A program made the translations under genes and the position numbers. From a virus, in IMG/VR virus record IMGVR_UViG_3300045988_090117, positions 1 through 64,000 of that record: a stretch of DNA of 64,000 nt. One strand, 5' to 3'. This document shows positions 10,494-21,158 of this stretch, piece after piece. How positions within the stretch are numbered: position 1 is the stretch's first letter; each line of letters opens with the position of its first letter. Below the pieces are notes generated by a model. That model was given only the letters and a program-made list of their open reading frames with translations, ran no database searches and was not told the origin of the DNA.

Positions 10494-13400
10494 CTATCCT
10501 ATCATAAATCTACCTACAAATAATATATTCCTACTTGCAAGGCTTTTAACTTTTATCTTTCTAAATACACCGTTTGATAATCCATTAGTGCACTCAAGTG
10601 CCACATAATCACCATCTTTATCTTTTTCTATTACTATGGCAGTATGTGATATCGCCATAAATTCACCATTATTCTTATCGTCAGAATCCATAAATATAAT
10701 ATCTCCAATTGCTAAATTCTTAAATGTTTCTAAGTCGGCTACATCTACTACCCAGTTTTTCTGTACAAAATATTTTCCTATGTTGGCTTCATTTCTAGTA
10801 CTTGGAATCGCCCAGCTAACACTATTATTTCTATTATTATCAGTTTTCTTTTCATTTCCATATGGCGATTTTTCATAAGTCCAACCTGTTAATACGTAGT
10901 TAAGAAAACAACTATCATCTATTTGATATTTATTATTGACCTTCCATTTACTGATATTTTCGGCTGGGTTTTTAAAGTCACAAGGAGTAGTGGCATTATA
11001 ACTGAACTTACTATTATTATTATAGTAACTATTAGCAATTTTAACTAGATCAGCTGAATATTTAAATAATGGTTGTGCATAATTACTACCTTTTTTCTTA
11101 GCTCCGACACTTCCTAAATATGCCTTGTCACTTATTGTAGTGTCTGGATTATAATACACAGATACAATATAAGTAGTATTTTCCTTTGGTAATAATACTC
11201 CATTCTTACAGTCCACACCTTCTAGGTATACTGTGTTAGGTTGTATTAGCTTGAATCCTTTTGCAGTAGTGAATACAATACGTGCATAGTAACTATCATT
11301 GTAATTAGTCGATGAAGTTGATGGCACTCTAAATTGTAATTTTGTTAGTGGTTTATTGTAAGTATATACACGTTGACTATCTAACATTTTATTACTTGTA
11401 GCACTGTTACTCTCCCATTCTGCTCCTTCTCCAAAGTATAATATCTTTTCCTTATATTTCTTGTAGTAAGTCTGAGTAGATGCTTCATCCTTCATTCTAT
11501 ACCCGTCTGTAGTAAGACTACTAAGCCAGTAATATCTATCAGTGGTATCACACATATCCTTTGGTTTTCTTAAGAATATTACGTATTTTGTTTTATTGCA
11601 GTAATCCAACATCATATTATTAAGTGAGTCTATTGCTTCATTCATTTGTTTGTAGTTGCCTGATTGAGAACTTCTTAAACGAGCTTCCTCACATACAAAT
11701 ATAGGTTTCTTTGGGTATTTAGTTAATAGTGCTTTTATGAGAGATATATAATCTTCCACAACGTTATCTACATTATCCCCTAGTGCAGGAACTCCAAATG
11801 CCAACATTACATGACTGACAGTTTTAGGATATGGAGTTTTGTCTGTAACTCCATTTACTGTAATATTAGTAATAAGTTTTCCACCTTCTACAAAGTCTTT
11901 AGGAGCTGCACTGTTAAGTCCTTTAAATGTAACTTCATAAGTTAGCCCGTCATCATCATCTACAATGTCTTTTGGGGGTGTTGGCTTAGTAGCTGATTGG
12001 TTTTTAACTTTGGCTTCCTTGTCCGCCCTTGCTAAGTCCCAAGGTCTAAGTATTATGCCATGTGTATACCAGTGAGTCATACTACCTCTTGAACTATATG
12101 TTATACTCATGTCTTCATATCTTATAGCTCTAGGCCATTTATAAGGTGCACTAGCATGAGCTATCATACGTTTACCATTTACTTTTCCGCAATATACTAC
12201 TACGTGATGTGTGCCACCACTAGCATATTTAGAGGAACCTCCAGACTTTGATGCCCAACTAACGGTTACACTTGATGGAACTGTGGCATTACTTAGCATG
12301 ATTAAGTCTCCAGGTAATAGTTCATTAATTGTTGTACTTGTTAGTTTCTTTAATGTATACCCACTGTATTTACAAGCACTTTTAACTAAAGTCCCATATG
12401 AACAGTTGGCTCCACCATATTTAGCAGTTACACTTCTAAGACCTGCATATAAATAAGCACATGAACTAAGAGAAGAACACACATAACAGTATGGATTTTT
12501 AATACCATTTATAGTTCCACTTACTTTATGTCTTTTGCTATCATCGTAGATACAAGAGCCTGCATAGTAAGTAGCTTTTTTATACTTTTGATGTAAGTCA
12601 CATATTTCTCTAGCCTTATTGACTATTTTCTTTCTTACATTTTCTGCAACGCCTTTTTTAGTAGTAGTGTTACCATCTATTTTCCATGTAGGAGCATTTT
12701 TAACACTGGCTGCTCTAGACATATCAGACTCAGTTGATACAGCAGTAGCTTCTGCACTTTTATTTGATGTACCTGGTTTTACTGCCCCATAACCCTTTTT
12801 ATTACCTTTACTATCAATACAGTATGGCAATTGACCGTCTACTACCTTATACCATCTAAGGTAACATTCAATATTAGTAGCAGTTCCGGCGTGTTTATTT
12901 TCTACATACCATTTTCTACCACCGGCCCATGCAGCAGTACCTTTCTCTAATTCTTTGAAATATAAAGATTGTACTTTTGAACTTTGCACTGTATATCCAT
13001 ATTTATTGACCCAAGATAAACCATTTTTCATTGCAACGTATCTACATATCAATAAATCACATCCATATAGACCGAAGTTATAACCAACCAAGGCTGCAAA
13101 TATGTTCCATTTAAAACGTTTTAATGATTTTCTAAGTTCATTACAACCAAACATTATCTGGTTACATATAGCTTTATCTACTTTTACTCCATTTATTATT
13201 TTAGTTCCACAAGATTTAGGTTTCATATTAGAGTAACTTGGTGTAAAGTATTCAACTTTACCATCTAAATATTCAATCTTTTGTTTTTTATTAAAATAAG
13301 CAGCTCTTTCGCATTGCATAAGACCGTATCCGCCGCCGCTATACTTAGTAGCATCATATGGGTTGGCACTAGACTCGGCATATATCATAGCATAAACTAG

Positions 13401-15047
13401 TTGTGGGTCAAGTCCAAACTTTTTACTATAATATTCAACTGGAGCGTATATTTTCCAATGATTAGATTTACTTCTCATATTTTTTAAATCGCTATATTTA
13501 TCACTCCATTTACCTAGTCCAAATCCTGCATAATAATCTACGGCTGCTTTGTATTGTTTTGCAGTTTTACTACTATCTTCTTTTTTATCAGGTTGTGGTT
13601 GAGTAGTAGGTGTTTTACCTTTTATTTCTCCACATTTGTATTTTATACAGTCATGAATTCTACTATCTCCTATCCATAATCCATTGTCTATTTTCTTTAT
13701 ATTTATTGCTCTATAATCTTCTGTGTCCTCACTTATTTTACTTGTATCATCTCCAGGTTTTACTGGGTCAGGTACTACTTTATCTGTATATTGCTTAATA
13801 AGTTTGTCTATTAATTTTTTATCAATACCTAATTGATTTAGATAATTTCTAATAGCAAGTAAATCACTAGCGGTTAATTTACCATGTTTCTTTATAATGT
13901 CTACAACATCATTAACTATGTCATCTTTATTTAAAGATTTCATTTTGCTACGTATTTCCTTGTAGTTACCTAGTGTTACACTGTTCTTAGTTCTATCTGT
14001 AAAACTAATTTCAAACTTTGTAATACGTGCCTCTAATTGAATTGGTGGGTTGAATTTTCTACTCACAACATAGTTAGTATCACCGACATCAATCTCCTCA
14101 TAATCTCGTTCGGTCATATATACTGGTATCTCATAACTGAATTTAGTTTTATTTAATTCTTTTAGTTTTGTATATCCCTCATGAATTAACGTATATATAT
14201 CTTCTGCATCACTTTTATATTTCATTAATACATATTTACCACCATTATTCAGCATTTCATGTGCTTTTTCATCAAATATATAGTTCTGACCAATCGGTTT
14301 GTCGGTTGGGTCGCCTTGTTCTTTTTCCCATTTTACATCACTAATAGTAAGTCCATTTTTACCTACTGGAATAATACCGCTACAAAAATTTGTAATATCT
14401 CCAGTACGTTTCATACCATAACTATTTCTGTCACTCTCAAATCTTTTGTATCTTTTAGTTCCTCTCTCACCATTCGCAAAGCAGTCTACAAAGAAGTTAA
14501 ATTTACCTCTTTTTATGTCTACTGGAACTGTTCTAAATTGCCATTCACATTCATATAATATTGAAGTCGCATTCTGTATGACTGAATATACACTAGTAAC
14601 TTCTGTAGTCTCTACTCTAAAGGCTTCCTCATCTAATGAAGGACTTACATAACCAACTTTATAGTTAGTATCCATTAGTATAGTTTCCAATAATTTTGTC
14701 GCATTTCCGTCTGCCACAAATTTATCCACATAACTATTATATAATTCAATACCAATAAACTCTGCATAAACTGTAATAGTCACATCATCTATGTGCTCAA
14801 TACTAGTGGTTTTCTTAATCTGCATAAGTTTAAAGTTATCTTGCCAATAAAATCCAATATAGTTACCTTCTAAAAATATTGGTTGGTCTTGATAACTTAC
14901 TTTAAAGGAGGCAGTATAAGTCTCTGCCCCCGTTATAAGTTCACTAGTATAAGTGTCATCATACACTTTTATGTTATTGGTATTTGTGGTATTTATTAGT
15001 TTTAATAGTTTTTTCGTATTGTCAAATATATATAAGTTTTTAATCAT
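10494..15047 (-). CDS. Tail-associated lysin (Tal): tail endopeptidase-type N-terminus fused to an SLT lytic transglycosylase and two NlpC/P60-like domains
   Basis: 1517 aa immediately after Dit. The SLT motif is IYAESSANPYDATKYSGGGYGLMQ (aa ~555-578). The Cys/His papain-like pairs are CYVCSSLSSCAY...GGTHHVVVYCG (aa ~850-955) and DDSCFLNYVL...AISHTAIVIEKD (aa ~1378-1475). Confidence 0.75.
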   Translation of the reverse strand: MIKNLYIFDNTKKLLKLINTTNTNNIKVYDDTYTSELITGAETYTASFKVSYQDQPIFLEGNYIGFYWQDNFKLMQIKKTTSIEHIDDVTITVYAEFIGIELYNSYVDKFVADGNATKLLETILMDTNYKVGYVSPSLDEEAFRVETTEVTSVYSVIQNATSILYECEWQFRTVPVDIKRGKFNFFVDCFANGERGTKRYKRFESDRNSYGMKRTGDITNFCSGIIPVGKNGLTISDVKWEKEQGDPTDKPIGQNYIFDEKAHEMLNNGGKYVLMKYKSDAEDIYTLIHEGYTKLKELNKTKFSYEIPVYMTERDYEEIDVGDTNYVVSRKFNPPIQLEARITKFEISFTDRTKNSVTLGNYKEIRSKMKSLNKDDIVNDVVDIIKKHGKLTASDLLAIRNYLNQLGIDKKLIDKLIKQYTDKVVPDPVKPGDDTSKISEDTEDYRAINIKKIDNGLWIGDSRIHDCIKYKCGEIKGKTPTTQPQPDKKEDSSKTAKQYKAAVDYYAGFGLGKWSDKYSDLKNMRSKSNHWKIYAPVEYYSKKFGLDPQLVYAMIYAESSANPYDATKYSGGGYGLMQCERAAYFNKKQKIEYLDGKVEYFTPSYSNMKPKSCGTKIINGVKVDKAICNQIMFGCNELRKSLKRFKWNIFAALVGYNFGLYGCDLLICRYVAMKNGLSWVNKYGYTVQSSKVQSLYFKELEKGTAAWAGGRKWYVENKHAGTATNIECYLRWYKVVDGQLPYCIDSKGNKKGYGAVKPGTSNKSAEATAVSTESDMSRAASVKNAPTWKIDGNTTTKKGVAENVRKKIVNKAREICDLHQKYKKATYYAGSCIYDDSKRHKVSGTINGIKNPYCYVCSSLSSCAYLYAGLRSVTAKYGGANCSYGTLVKSACKYSGYTLKKLTSTTINELLPGDLIMLSNATVPSSVTVSWASKSGGSSKYASGGTHHVVVYCGKVNGKRMIAHASAPYKWPRAIRYEDMSITYSSRGSMTHWYTHGIILRPWDLARADKEAKVKNQSATKPTPPKDIVDDDDGLTYEVTFKGLNSAAPKDFVEGGKLITNITVNGVTDKTPYPKTVSHVMLAFGVPALGDNVDNVVEDYISLIKALLTKYPKKPIFVCEEARLRSSQSGNYKQMNEAIDSLNNMMLDYCNKTKYVIFLRKPKDMCDTTDRYYWLSSLTTDGYRMKDEASTQTYYKKYKEKILYFGEGAEWESNSATSNKMLDSQRVYTYNKPLTKLQFRVPSTSSTNYNDSYYARIVFTTAKGFKLIQPNTVYLEGVDCKNGVLLPKENTTYIVSVYYNPDTTISDKAYLGSVGAKKKGSNYAQPLFKYSADLVKIANSYYNNNSKFSYNATTPCDFKNPAENISKWKVNNKYQIDDSCFLNYVLTGWTYEKSPYGNEKKTDNNRNNSVSWAIPSTRNEANIGKYFVQKNWVVDVADLETFKNLAIGDIIFMDSDDKNNGEFMAISHTAIVIEKDKDGDYVALECTNGLSNGVFRKIKVKSLASRNILFVGRFMIG

Positions 15048-15058
15048 TTAAATACCTC

Positions 15059-17266
15059 CTATTCACTAGTTAAATTTAAATTCTCAGCTGGAGTACTTCT
15101 ATCTTCATCTACTACTCCTAACCATTTCTCTCTTATTAATACACCTAGACTCGCAGATGTATCATCACTAACTACCTGTAATGTTGTTTCACCTTCATTG
15201 ACCCTAAAGTATGAACTACCAATATCTACTAAATCATTTCTTAATTCATTATTAACATAACAATCACCATTTTCAAAATCTAAATCCACTTTATCGCCTG
15301 CTTTAAAGTATTTTATATTAGAAATTTCTTCGCTCTCAGGATTAAGTTCATATACTCTTATATCACTAATACCGACTCCACAAGCATTTTCTAACGTATC
15401 TGCCATTGTTCCTAGATATATAGCTAAGTAACTTAATGGTTCGGTAGAGTATTCGCTACTACGTTTGTTATTAGCTGATACAGATTGTGTAAATGTCCCA
15501 TCATCATTCTTTTGTACTTGAGCACTATACACATAATATTGTCCTGTCTTTTTTCGTGTTAATGTAAAATATGCATTGGCATCATTCCAACTACCATACT
15601 GACCACTCATATAATGATTAGTAACAGTTTTACCGTCTGCATCAACTGTTTTGTCTGTCTTTTCCTTTGGATTATCATTACTTGTGATTAATATGGATTT
15701 TTTACTTACACTTACCTCAGCTTGGTTATATTCAAAATATGGGTTAATGTCACCTAAATATAATCTAAATATTTGAGTACCATTTATATCGAAGCCATAT
15801 ACCTCAGCTATTCCTGTCTTATGGTCTGCGTATGCAGGGTCATTTGTGTAATCTACACTCGTATCCATACCTGCTGCTCCTTTAAGGTTATCTACATTTA
15901 TATATCCATAATGATTTTTACCATTTTTATCTTTCCAAGGTTTATAAATTCTATAAAATTTTACTGTTTGTTTACTGTTATTAGAATCTGTATATGTGTA
16001 TGTATACGTTCTTTGTATTATTCTAAGTACAGTACCATAAGGTATAGTACATTCCACTTTACTACCTAGGTCAGGCTTTGTATATACAACACAACTAGCT
16101 CCTGTTAGTGTTTTACTTGGTGTAAGCCACATATTAGCTACTGTAAATTCTTGCACAGTACTCTTTGAATTATCTTTTATTTTCTGAGTTAGGTATTTAG
16201 CGTATACATAATATGTCTTTGTTTTGTATTTTATCTTTGCCCATCCATTTTGTATAGTAACCTCTGTTAATTTTGTTCCCTTTGGGATAATCCCCTTAGA
16301 TGTGTAATTAGTTCCCGGTCCGGTTCTGTAATTAAGTCCATTGGCATTTACTTCGTAATATTTAGTCTTAGTACCAGAAACTACAGTTTCTTTTACTTTT
16401 TCTTGTTCACTAAGAAAGTTATTTGGATCACCATTTTTACCACTTGACCTACACTGCATTCTCACCATTACTTTAAAGTCATCTATGTTCTTACTTAATG
16501 CGATACGGGCACAGGCACCCTTTATTTTTTCTGAGCTATTACCTAATTCACTAAGTATAAAACTTTCACCTCCAGATGATATAGTAAAAGAACCATCTGT
16601 GCCACGACCTGCATTAATATTAGCTCCGCTCTGAATTAAAGTTCCTACACTTGTACATGGGTCATGTAGTATTAATGTTTGTTCACTCTTTGTTGTGCTT
16701 AATTGTAGTTGTGGATAATCACCTACTAATATTTTTTCTCCAGTTTTATTATTTTGTACCTGTGCAAAATGTGCATCTGCTCCAAAGCCTATACTTACAT
16801 ATGGTAGAGTTGCTAATTCACCATTGTTCTCAACTACTACAGTCTGTTGGCCATCTTCGGCATTGTATGCCTGTACATTATCACTATAACTATATGGTGT
16901 ATGACATATTAGTTCAATGTCAGCATACCCACTCATACTATTCTTTTTCTTTACTTTTAGTGCACCTTTCAGCATTCCATATATAGTGATATTCTCACAG
17001 AATTTTATTGGTACTTCTTGTTTAGTATTTAGTATATCATGTAAACATTGTACACGAGTTTTATAATCATCCTCAGTAGATCCTATTACTGCAAGTGATA
17101 TAGGAATAGAGATGGAGTCATATTTTGCTCCATCAAATATTTCTCCATCTCTACTAGATACATTTATAGTATCAATAGACTTCTCTGGTATATATGGTTT
17201 TTCTATACTAGTTACTATTGCTAAATCATTTATCTGATTGCCATTAAAATTAAAATAATTATACAT
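15059..17266 (-). CDS. Distal tail protein (Dit) with SH3b-type insertions
   Basis: The N-terminus MYNYFNFNGNQINDLAIVTSIEKPYIPEKS is typical of siphovirus tail-component proteins. An SH3b-like segment is present (LNYRTGPGTNYTSKGIIPKGTKLTEVTIQNGWAKIKY). GAGGTG RBS precedes ATG 17266; the track start at 17314 has no RBS. Confidence 0.6.
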   Translation of the reverse strand: MYNYFNFNGNQINDLAIVTSIEKPYIPEKSIDTINVSSRDGEIFDGAKYDSISIPISLAVIGSTEDDYKTRVQCLHDILNTKQEVPIKFCENITIYGMLKGALKVKKKNSMSGYADIELICHTPYSYSDNVQAYNAEDGQQTVVVENNGELATLPYVSIGFGADAHFAQVQNNKTGEKILVGDYPQLQLSTTKSEQTLILHDPCTSVGTLIQSGANINAGRGTDGSFTISSGGESFILSELGNSSEKIKGACARIALSKNIDDFKVMVRMQCRSSGKNGDPNNFLSEQEKVKETVVSGTKTKYYEVNANGLNYRTGPGTNYTSKGIIPKGTKLTEVTIQNGWAKIKYKTKTYYVYAKYLTQKIKDNSKSTVQEFTVANMWLTPSKTLTGASCVVYTKPDLGSKVECTIPYGTVLRIIQRTYTYTYTDSNNSKQTVKFYRIYKPWKDKNGKNHYGYINVDNLKGAAGMDTSVDYTNDPAYADHKTGIAEVYGFDINGTQIFRLYLGDINPYFEYNQAEVSVSKKSILITSNDNPKEKTDKTVDADGKTVTNHYMSGQYGSWNDANAYFTLTRKKTGQYYVYSAQVQKNDDGTFTQSVSANNKRSSEYSTEPLSYLAIYLGTMADTLENACGVGISDIRVYELNPESEEISNIKYFKAGDKVDLDFENGDCYVNNELRNDLVDIGSSYFRVNEGETTLQVVSDDTSASLGVLIREKWLGVVDEDRSTPAENLNLTSE

Positions 17267-19856
17267 AATCTCTCTCACCTCTAAATCTTTCTTTTTGGTC
17301 ATTGTAGTAGTCATTGGTTTCTTGTACTGACTTAGCCACCTTTTGTCCCACCACTAATTTGTCCATAAGTATTGGAGTATTAGTATCTTGTAATGCCTTT
17401 TTATATTCTTTTCCCATTTCTTTATAGTCGAATTCTTGTTTACTATCTTGCATTGCTTGTGCCATACCTTTTATAGCATAAAGTAAATTACTATCAACTG
17501 TGTTTTCACTATTTATATTAATACCTGCTGTACTCATATTAACTTTTCCTAGGAATTTATTTGTATCTATAGTCTCTACTAGACTACTAGCATAATCTTT
17601 AATAGCTTTTATAGTTTTACCTGCATTCGCCTCAATACCAACAGTAACACCAGCCGGTATCATTTTCCCTACCATGTCTCTAAATACTGTTGATGGGGAA
17701 TGTATACCCAAAGCATCTTTTGCAGCATTTAAGGCTCTACTTGCTATATTTTGCATTGTGCTAAATAAATTACCAGCCGCATTAGTAATACCAGTAATAA
17801 TACCGTGTATGATATTACTTCCTATAGTCACCATTCTTCCAGGTAAACTACTAATACCGTTTATAATATTATCTTTGAATCTTTGTGCAGCTTCTCTACC
17901 CTTTTGAGCAAAATTTGCGGCAAAAGATATTACTCTTGAAATTGTTGATACTAGGAAAGACCATACACGACCTGGTAATTGTCTAATAAATGTACTTACA
18001 CCATTTAAGAATCTACTACCAGCTTGTTGAGCTCTACTTGCCATTTGAACTACCCAACTTCCAACACGACTAATAGTATTTACTAGCCATGTCCATACTT
18101 TACCAGGTAATTGTTGAATAAATGTAATGGCATTTTGTACAAATTTACTACCTGCTTCATAGGCCTTTTGAGCCATCTGTCCAACCCATAGTACCGCATA
18201 AGCTACTGCATAACATAGCCAATACCAAATAGTTTCAGGTAAGTTACTGAACCAATTTCCTATATTACTTATCATTTCAGGCACAGTTTGAGTAAAGAAG
18301 TTTTTTAGTGAATCTATCGCATTACTGGCTATAGTTTTTATATTCTCCCAAAGATTAATCCAAAACTCTTTGAATCCATCAATATTATTCCATGCCCATA
18401 TAAAAGCAGCTACAAGAGCCGCTATGGCTGCCACGACTAATACAATTGGATTAGCTAATAATACTGCCCATAGACTTTGTAATGCAGGTATTACAGTATC
18501 AACTATTATGGGTACAATTGTATCCAGTATAATAGATTTAAAAACTAAGAAAGATGTTCTTGCTACATTAAATGCAGTTTTTAATATTCCTATCGCCTGC
18601 TTCATTTTTAAAAATGCCTGAATACCTTTACCAATAACAAGTTGTATAGGTCCTACGGCTGCAAGTAATAGTGCCAGTGATACTATTACTTGTTTAATAG
18701 GCCCTGGTAAGTTCAAGAAGGCTTGAAGTAATTTTGTTAGCATACCTACTATCAATGATAGCGGCCCAGTTGTATTACCTATATCAAGTTGTACTGCCTC
18801 CCATGCACTACTTAATTGTTTTAATGCTCCAGTTAAATCTGAGTTCATCATATCTGACATTTTCTTTGCAGTACCATTACTTTTTTCTAGTTCTTTTGTA
18901 AAGTTATCAATACTGTCTGCTCCTGTATTACAAAGTATACCCATACCCTTAATACTATCCGCAGTAAATGTTGTCATAAGAGCAGCCGTCTTCTGAGCAT
19001 CTCCCATGCCTTCTGTTGCCTTATCTACATCTCGTATAATATCAGTCATACTTCTAAAGTTACCATTAGCATCTTGAACTTTTACAGATGTATTTCCTAT
19101 TTGTATTGCTCCATTTTTCATCTTTTGAGTCATATCTCTTATGATTGCATTTAAGGCAGTACCACCTTCACTACCTTTTAAACCGGCATCTGCGAATTTA
19201 CTAAGTATTGCAGTAGTTTCTTCCAAACTCAAGCCTGCATTATGCGCATTAACTGCACAGTTCTTAAATGCTTCACCTAACATCTCTGTTGTTGTATTTG
19301 AATTAGCTTGAGCATAAGATAACACGTCAGCCATACGTCCTGCCTGGTCGGCCTCTAACCCGAATGCAGTTAGGAAATCAGTTACCAAATCGGAAGCCTG
19401 TGCTAACTCCATTCCAGATGCTGCCGCCAAATTAAGTACTCCGGGTAAACCTGCTGCCGATTGTTGAGCATCCCAACCCGCGAGTGCCATGTATCCTAAC
19501 GCATCAGCTGCCTCACTTGCACTATATACAGTTGATGCACCCATTTGTTTTGCAGTGTCCTCTAATAATTTTAAGTCACTACCCGTAGCCCCAGATAATG
19601 CCTTAACTTTTGACATTGAATGCTCAAATGTCATTTGTGTCTTTACAACACTTGCCCCTAATGCCACCACTGGGGCAGTTACTCCGGCAGTAAGTGCAGC
19701 TCCTACACTAGATAAACTTTCCCCTGTAGCCTTTAAGCCACTGAAACTATTTTGAGTTTGTTGTACTTGACTTACTGCTCTATTTAAGTTACTATTAAAA
19801 TCACTCATTTCCAATTTTAGGTGAGCTATAATGCTCCCCAAATCTACACCAGCCAT
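17259..19856 (-). CDS. Tail tape measure protein
   Basis: ~865 aa, Ala/Gly/Leu-rich with hydrophobic central segments and a TP901-type core look (AKQMGASTVYSASEAADALGYMALAGW). It lies after the chaperone pair. ATG 19856 is preceded by AAGGTGGTG. Confidence 0.85.
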   Translation of the reverse strand: MAGVDLGSIIAHLKLEMSDFNSNLNRAVSQVQQTQNSFSGLKATGESLSSVGAALTAGVTAPVVALGASVVKTQMTFEHSMSKVKALSGATGSDLKLLEDTAKQMGASTVYSASEAADALGYMALAGWDAQQSAAGLPGVLNLAAASGMELAQASDLVTDFLTAFGLEADQAGRMADVLSYAQANSNTTTEMLGEAFKNCAVNAHNAGLSLEETTAILSKFADAGLKGSEGGTALNAIIRDMTQKMKNGAIQIGNTSVKVQDANGNFRSMTDIIRDVDKATEGMGDAQKTAALMTTFTADSIKGMGILCNTGADSIDNFTKELEKSNGTAKKMSDMMNSDLTGALKQLSSAWEAVQLDIGNTTGPLSLIVGMLTKLLQAFLNLPGPIKQVIVSLALLLAAVGPIQLVIGKGIQAFLKMKQAIGILKTAFNVARTSFLVFKSIILDTIVPIIVDTVIPALQSLWAVLLANPIVLVVAAIAALVAAFIWAWNNIDGFKEFWINLWENIKTIASNAIDSLKNFFTQTVPEMISNIGNWFSNLPETIWYWLCYAVAYAVLWVGQMAQKAYEAGSKFVQNAITFIQQLPGKVWTWLVNTISRVGSWVVQMASRAQQAGSRFLNGVSTFIRQLPGRVWSFLVSTISRVISFAANFAQKGREAAQRFKDNIINGISSLPGRMVTIGSNIIHGIITGITNAAGNLFSTMQNIASRALNAAKDALGIHSPSTVFRDMVGKMIPAGVTVGIEANAGKTIKAIKDYASSLVETIDTNKFLGKVNMSTAGININSENTVDSNLLYAIKGMAQAMQDSKQEFDYKEMGKEYKKALQDTNTPILMDKLVVGQKVAKSVQETNDYYNDQKERFRGERDYV

Positions 19857-19880
19857 ATTATTCACCACCTTTATATAATT

Positions 19881-19910
19881 AAAAAACAGTAGAACCTTCG
19901 TCCTACTGTT
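19881..19910 (-). terminator. Hairpin plus U-tract between the chaperone genes and the tape measure gene
   Basis: Stem aacagtag (19885-19892) / ctactgtt (19903-19910), 10-nt loop, minus-strand U6 (plus A-run 19881-19886). It probably acts as a partial terminator or attenuator. Confidence 0.55.
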
Positions 19911-19917
19911 AATTTTA

Positions 19918-20178
19918 TTACCCTAATAGTAAATCTAAACCCGGATTTTTAGTTTTACTTTCTTTAATATCCTCTATAAACGTTGGTTTCTTTGTCTTGC
20001 CATCTTTATCAGGTTGCATCATATTATATAAATATGTTGCGGCCTCGTCTATACAATAACGACCATACACATCATCCTCATCTATACCTAATAAGTCACT
20101 AGGTCTGCATCCAAAGGTCTTAGCAGTGGATATAACATTTAATATCCTTCTACTTTGGAATAGAGGGTATGGCAGCAT
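19918..20178 (-). CDS. Tail assembly chaperone, downstream frame (probable frameshift extension, gpT analogue)
   Basis: The 86-aa frame overlaps the end of the 132-aa ORF by 29 nt, has no RBS of its own, and occupies the canonical position between the major tail and tape measure genes. Confidence 0.5.
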   Translation of the reverse strand: MLPYPLFQSRRILNVISTAKTFGCRPSDLLGIDEDDVYGRYCIDEAATYLYNMMQPDKDGKTKKPTFIEDIKESKTKNPGLDLLLG

Positions 20179-20548
20179 TTACATTGCCTTGTGCTTCACC
20201 CATTATTTGCATCTTTTGAGTATCCGTAATCACGTCCTTAATTTCTTCATATGTTGGCTCTACTAGACTTTGTTCACATACTAAATCTATTATTTCCATT
20301 ATATCTTTTATTTTATTATCATCTTGTTCAAATAGTTCCATTGATTGACCTTTGTTAGTTTGTTCAAATAGATCATTCACTGTACCTAAAAGATTATTTG
20401 GAAGTTTTCCACTCATCATAAGATTTAATAGACTTGCTGGTTTTATTCTTACTGCTATTTTTTCTCCTGGCTCAAATCCATCAATCTCTATTATTCTAGT
20501 CGCCTTTTTTCTAAATTCTCTTGCACTTATTACTTTTAACTCACTCAT
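20150..20548 (-). CDS. Tail assembly chaperone (gpG analogue)
   Basis: 132 aa, acidic, between the major tail protein and the tape measure. RBS is AGGAGGG. Confidence 0.6.
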   Translation of the reverse strand: MSELKVISAREFRKKATRIIEIDGFEPGEKIAVRIKPASLLNLMMSGKLPNNLLGTVNDLFEQTNKGQSMELFEQDDNKIKDIMEIIDLVCEQSLVEPTYEEIKDVITDTQKMQIMGEAQGNVNAAIPSIPK

Positions 20549-20574
20549 TGTATTTCCCTCCTATATACATTATA

Positions 20575-21144
20575 TTATTGTGCAGGGTCTTCTGGTAAAG
20601 TATCCACAAATGTTATTTCTTTTATTGGTAGTTTTGCTTTAGTATTTTCTCTAGCTTTTATTTCAAATTCTGGAGCAAAGAATCCATCTCCTACTGTCAT
20701 TGTAGGGAATTTACCTGTACATTTATTCAATGTAACCTTTGCGTAGTTAACAATTGAGTCTCCACTGTAGTTAGCAACATATAGGTCCAATTTAAATGGT
20801 TTTGCCACATTACCCTCACTCATCATTGGAGTGGATAATTTTTTAGGACCAGATTCAGTTCCTTCTTCTACTTTATATCCAGCAACAAGACCTGCCATTG
20901 TATCATCAAATTGATTATCTGTTAGTTTTATATCGTACCCATAAATTAAGTCCTCAGTTCTAACAACTGCTAAGATACTAACATCATTTCTTAATATATC
21001 TTCTTCACCTTCACTAAGCACCGGTTCTAATTCAGCCTTTTGTGCAGTTTTGATATGTGCTACAACTCCACTTGTTTTAGCTTCACCTGTAGTTGGGTCA
21101 AGCTCAGTTATTACTGCCTTTTTAATATTATATAGTATAGCCAT
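20575..21144 (-). CDS. Major tail protein
   Basis: 189 aa at the synteny position upstream of the chaperones. RBS is AGGAGG. The sequence is beta-rich (MAILYNIKKAVITELDPTTGEAKTSG...). Confidence 0.6.
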   Translation of the reverse strand: MAILYNIKKAVITELDPTTGEAKTSGVVAHIKTAQKAELEPVLSEGEEDILRNDVSILAVVRTEDLIYGYDIKLTDNQFDDTMAGLVAGYKVEEGTESGPKKLSTPMMSEGNVAKPFKLDLYVANYSGDSIVNYAKVTLNKCTGKFPTMTVGDGFFAPEFEIKARENTKAKLPIKEITFVDTLPEDPAQ

Positions 21145-21158
21145 ATTATACTTACCTC

